This document shows positions 59,382-64,000 of a stretch of DNA of 64,000 nt, piece by piece. The translations under genes were made by a program, and so were the position numbers. Each line of letters opens with the position of its first letter. Position 1 is the stretch's first letter. The notes below the pieces were generated by a model. The model searched no databases, had not been told where the DNA came from, and saw only the letters and a program-made list of their open reading frames with translations. Origin of the DNA: Alloascoidea hylecoeti (Eukaryota); NCBI GenBank assembly GCA_001600815.1, contig BCKZ01000017.1, positions 411,970 through 475,969 of the forward strand. Reading direction: 5' to 3'.

Positions 59382-61295
59382 ATGATGGATCAGTTTGGTC
59401 GCCCGTCAAATTTTCAGATGCACACATCGGCCTTCTCAGATCCTAACACTTCACAGCCAAGCGTACGTCCAAGCCCCATGAGCCGGAACACCTTTCCTAC
59501 TTTTCGTTCATCATCCGATTTAAATGGAAGTCCCCTCAAAAAATCCCACAAAACACATCTCAGCAATGATTTTTCCTCAATAACTCTTTCTTCTTCCCCC
59601 TCGAACAATATTGCTGAACTAGCAACCTTAAGCGAAGAGCAAGGTGAATATTCTTTTATTGATCAGTTCAACCTTGATTTACCCAATGGTCAATACTGGC
59701 CGGCTATAAACTACTTTGAGAATAGAAATAGTCCCACTCATGTCTCCAACCAAGAAATCTCGAGCCAGCTTCTTCCATCTGATGTTATGATATCGCCTGT
59801 TAGAGGATACATCGGAGTCTCCAATGATTTATCTCCTAAGAAAGATACATATCCACTGAGAACTATAGAGCCAAATCTTCTACAAGGTTTAGAAAATACA
59901 CCTGCACTAATTAGAAAAGATGAATTATATAAAGCTGATATTGATAATTATTCTGATGATAGTTCAAAGGCAGAAAATCAAGAACCATCTTTTTTGTTAA
60001 CTCCTAAAACGATATTTAGAAAACCATACAAAGGTAGTTTAACTGCTCCAAACTCATACGTAAAGCAAGACCACAGATCTTCAATCGAAATTGCTAACAC
60101 TTACAATATGTTCAAATTCCCAAAAGAGGTTTCAATTAATACTTTGTCATCGTCTTCTTCTTTGAACTCCATCCACTCTTTACAATCAGCTTCATCATCC
60201 ATGACATCTAATTCCCCTAATAAATTTGTTCCACGCCATCGAGCCTTTTTATCCCAGTCAAATGTTCAAGGGCAACCTCAATTTACTCGAGCAAGGTCGC
60301 ACACACATAGTTTATCTAACTCTGGAAATGGATATCTTCCAAAGAAACTTCCTATTTCAAAAATTCACAGAACAGGACACTCTCACTCTCACTCTCCGAC
60401 TACAGGATTTGGAATAAATCAATCAAGCACTAATAGAACTAGATCTTATTCTCAACCTCAAAATCCCCACTCATTTGCAAGAGCTCAGGGTATGGCTCCA
60501 ATTTCTGGTATTCCATCAGAAGATCTACGTAGCATCAAAAGATCAAAATCTCATTTATCGATGAATTCAAATGGATCAAACCCATTTTATGTACCATCAA
60601 CATTTATTCAACAAAGTCCTGCTCCAAAAGTTCCAAAATCAGAATCATTACCTCAATTGAATCATTCAGCATACGAATCACCAAAAGAATCTAATATTAC
60701 TCAAGTTGATCTTACACAATATAGAGGACGTTTTACAGACGTGAAAAATTTTGATCAAGCTCCGATTGACCTTCAAAGCAGCTCATTGTACTCACACAAT
60801 GAACGTCAACCACAATCGTTACAACACCCAATTATTGAAACAAATGAGTCCAACATCATAAGTGCAGAAAATATCACAATGCAATTGTCTAACTTAACAA
60901 AAACAAAATCAATTACTCATTCAATGAATCCACAAGAGTATAAATTTGGACAAAATATAAATAATCCGTCTCAGAATATGTATCAACCACCATCACAACC
61001 AATCTCATACTTAGTTTCGCCACAATCTTCTCTTAATCTCAATCTAACAGCTTTAGGTGGTCATAGAATGTCTTCCATTACAAATTCATTGGTAAAGAAA
61101 AAGAGTAAGAAACCATATCATTGCATACAATGTGGCCTTAACTTTGTAAGATCTGAACATTTAAAAAGACATATCAGAACCCATAATAAAGAAAAACCAT
61201 ATAGTTGTTCAGTAGAAGGTTGTGGGAAACGCTTTACTCGTGCTGATAATTTGAAGGTTCATATCAGAAAGTTTCATCCAGATGCTGAAACTTAA
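59382..61295 (+). CDS. C2H2 zinc-finger transcription factor (two C-terminal fingers, Msn2/4-type recognition helices)
   Basis: CIQC...FVRSEHLKRHIRTH-NKEKPY-CSVEGC...FTRADNLKVHIRKFH after a long Ser-rich region. The first ATG is at 59382; the track start is GTG. Confidence 0.9.
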   Translation: MMDQFGRPSNFQMHTSAFSDPNTSQPSVRPSPMSRNTFPTFRSSSDLNGSPLKKSHKTHLSNDFSSITLSSSPSNNIAELATLSEEQGEYSFIDQFNLDLPNGQYWPAINYFENRNSPTHVSNQEISSQLLPSDVMISPVRGYIGVSNDLSPKKDTYPLRTIEPNLLQGLENTPALIRKDELYKADIDNYSDDSSKAENQEPSFLLTPKTIFRKPYKGSLTAPNSYVKQDHRSSIEIANTYNMFKFPKEVSINTLSSSSSLNSIHSLQSASSSMTSNSPNKFVPRHRAFLSQSNVQGQPQFTRARSHTHSLSNSGNGYLPKKLPISKIHRTGHSHSHSPTTGFGINQSSTNRTRSYSQPQNPHSFARAQGMAPISGIPSEDLRSIKRSKSHLSMNSNGSNPFYVPSTFIQQSPAPKVPKSESLPQLNHSAYESPKESNITQVDLTQYRGRFTDVKNFDQAPIDLQSSSLYSHNERQPQSLQHPIIETNESNIISAENITMQLSNLTKTKSITHSMNPQEYKFGQNINNPSQNMYQPPSQPISYLVSPQSSLNLNLTALGGHRMSSITNSLVKKKSKKPYHCIQCGLNFVRSEHLKRHIRTHNKEKPYSCSVEGCGKRFTRADNLKVHIRKFHPDAET

Positions 61296-61923
61296 TATTT
61301 GATATGGATATGACACAATTTTTTCTTTTTCGAGATTATTTTATATTTCAATTTATAATTCCGGTTTTTCTTATTTTTTCCTCCTTCCTCTTTGTTTTTT
61401 TCAACTTGTATACTATAGTATAAATTGTATTTGATAGCCTATTGTTTTAAGTATATTGGGCTCGGTTTCATAAAACTATTCGTAGATATATATATTATTC
61501 ATGTCTCTTTGTAAAATTATACAGCAGTAATAAATAATCTATTGATATATTAACACTAATGACATATTTATAACTGTACGCGTATTTTTTAAGAAAACAA
61601 TATTTATATGTCGTGTTCACACTACACCGGGACTAACTACGATACTAACTACGATATCGGGACACCCAAAAATGTTACATTTCATACACGAATTGCAAAA
61701 CTAACAACTAATAAAAATTAACTACTATAAATAAAATCTTTTCAATCTCTTAATTAAAATACCCCGTATGAATAACGATTTGACCTGTGACCGGAAATTT
61801 ACCTTAATTTTAATAGTTATTGACATTCATATTTCTTAAAATACATTTTCCTCTGTAGTAGATTTGTCTCTTTGATTGCCATTTTAATGTAATTTCTCAT
61901 ATATTTATAATTATAAGGTGATG

Positions 61924-62630
61924 TTATACAATTGATCTTGATTGAGAAACTTTTGATGATGGGTTTTTTGTTCGTTTTTTAGGTGATACTTTTAAAGTTG
62001 AATTTGAATTTGAATTTGAAACTTTTCCAGATGTTGAAGTTAACATTGAAGCCTTGGATTTTGTTTCAATAGGACCCAATGATGATGATGATAATGATAA
62101 TAATGATAATGATGATGATGATGATGATGATGATGTTGTTGTCATTGAACTAGATTTTGAAATTTCAATTGTGTTTTGGAATATGTATTACCATTTATGT
62201 TATAATTTAATTCTGAAGTGTTAAAATTATTATTTATAGTTGTTTTAAAATTAAAAGGATTAATAGTACTAGTTATAGTTACTGGTATATCCAATTTATG
62301 TTCCTTTTCATTACTATTATTATTGTTAATATTGTTAGTATTACTTACATGTTTATGTTTATCATCATTGTTGATATTTTTATCCTTGACTCCATAAAAT
62401 AGCTTTCTTTTAGATGGTGCGTTTATTGAAGTAGGGGTTGTTGATTTGGATTGATGTTGAATTTAAATTTAAATTTGGATTGTTTATTAAAAAACGATGA
62501 TTGATCTTGTATTTCACCTTGTATTTGTAATTGATTAAAAATTATATCAATATGTTGTTGTTAAGTATGATTATCATAATTGATAATTTTTAAAGTTTTG
62601 ATTCAAAAAATATATATTTTTAGTTCATCC
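61924..62630 (-). pseudogene. Frameshifted remnant of an Asn/Ser-rich low-complexity gene
   Basis: Three abutting protein-like frames (QQHIDIIFNQLQIQ..., SKSTTPTSINAPSKRKL...NNNN..., MTTTSSSSSS...) linked by apparent frameshifts; includes a (GAT)n repeat at about 62080-62134. Confidence 0.4.
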
Positions 62631-62923
62631 TAATCTCAATGGTCTTTTATTAACAATTAAAACAGGAATCATCATTAATAGACATCAACAATAAAAAGAC
62701 CAGCTATCATCACAGTTACGTGTTGAAGGATTCATGGGGAGACACAACCCGAGGTGAAAACACACAAACTTACGGGATCTAGCTTGCAGATTTAATACTT
62801 TTGAGATCAACATGTTATAATCACTATTGGAACTAAGAACAGAAAAGAGTTGTAGTTGTAGATATTCAAGAAAGTTTTTCATCTTTGGATACGTTATTGA
62901 TTGCAACATGGTCTAAATTAAAT

Positions 62924-62961
62924 AGAATAACTGTGTAATGAGAATAACTGTGTAATGAGAA
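62924..62961. repeat. 17-bp direct tandem duplication AGAATAACTGTGTAATG x2
   Basis: Read directly. Confidence 0.9.
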
Positions 62962-64000
62962 TTTTGGATTATAATGATAAAATCTAATTTATATTTAGTA
63001 CTTTTCTTTGTGTAAAAAGACTACTATATCAATATAATATGGCAAAGATTGTAATGAAAGAAGTTAATCTTTTAAGTTAATTGTTTTGATTCTTAGTTAT
63101 ATGAAGCCTATTATTATACCCGTTACGAGCCTTTACAGGTATAATTTTTTTCAAAAAAGAGATTTGTGTGAGTTTAAACTCTTCTTTATAGATTAAGGTA
63201 ATTTCTTCAGTATATATATTTGCAAATAAAGGAGGTTTATAAGTATAATATGAAGCGGCTGAAATCTAGTCGCTTGAAAAGTATAGTATTTTAATAGTGA
63301 GATACTCCTGTTCTTGTAGCTTAAACAAGCAATTAAAGAAATATTTTATATCCAGATTTAATAGAATTCTTCCATATATTGATATATTAGACGAATCAGT
63401 TCATTAAGATGATAAACTCGACACATTATGAACTAAAATAACCTATTATTATAATGCCGATGGTTTAGAATTGAATCTACTTTGATAAGATAATATATGT
63501 AGTCGAAATAAATCTTGTTCTCGTCGAAACATGAAGAAAATCCTCTTATTATATAGATAGATAATTAACCATTTAACTATGCATGATTATCTAAGAACAG
63601 GAAAGAGGTGCTACTAATATAGAGCTGGTAGCCATATGTATAACACCTATGGTTTGTATATTAAATTGTTAATATTTTTAATTAATCCAGTCATAATAGG
63701 ATAGTTAATAATCATAATTATAATAATTATTTATAAATAGTAAAATTTTGAATTCTATTTCCAACTTTATTACCTTTTGAAAAAAAAGAACTTGATAACC
63801 AAAGAAGGTTTAGTAAATGGCGCTAGAATAACTAATATTGGTAAATATTGTTCGATATAATAAATTGTTCCTGATTTGGTCCATTTTGGAGATTTGACTA
63901 TTATTCCACGAATTATGGAATTGGTTGAAGATGCAGAAATGGCGCTGCAGCTGATGAAGCTCCCTATATTAAATATTCTGATACTTCTACAAATTTAAAT

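Noticed and set aside
63800..64000. Possible coding relic at the window end
   Set aside because: Short, stop-interrupted, truncated by the window edge and unidentifiable.
1..64000. tRNA or rRNA genes
   Set aside because: No convincing A-box/B-box cloverleaf or rRNA sequence noticed by eye; tRNAscan-SE and Rfam would be needed to exclude them.

Overview
AT-rich budding-yeast (Saccharomycotina) chromosomal DNA with a few short spliceosomal introns; one conserved CTG codon suggests standard CUG=Leu. Genes in order: TPD3 (5' part), two tandem diverged PEX26-like genes, OPY2-like, TKL1 (one intron), MUP1-like permease, BDH1-like, cytosolic ADH, two identical divergent metallothioneins, mitochondrial ADH, stand-alone Rib2-type DRAP deaminase, SHB17, UIP5/L-type lectin, DUF2406 protein, a two-intron Zn2Cys6 factor, an RRM+YTH protein (intron inside the YTH domain), a YCR061W/Ytp1-family protein with a mirrored pseudogene and arrestin-like fragments, and a C2H2 factor. 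The most striking structure is nested inverted repeats at 18.4-26.5 kb. A cytosolic and a mitochondrial ADH face each other and share about 890 bp of apparently identical coding sequence. They enclose a 622-bp inverted repeat carrying two metallothionein genes and a 170-bp-stem foldback. Assembly Ns fall at exactly mirrored positions in both repeat pairs, consistent with ongoing gene conversion or flip/flop inversion, although repeat mis-assembly is not excluded. A second, decayed mirror block lies at 47-54 kb, and a hAT-type MITE with a perfect 8-bp target-site duplication lies at 41.3 kb. All family assignments are from motif recognition by eye; no searches were run.
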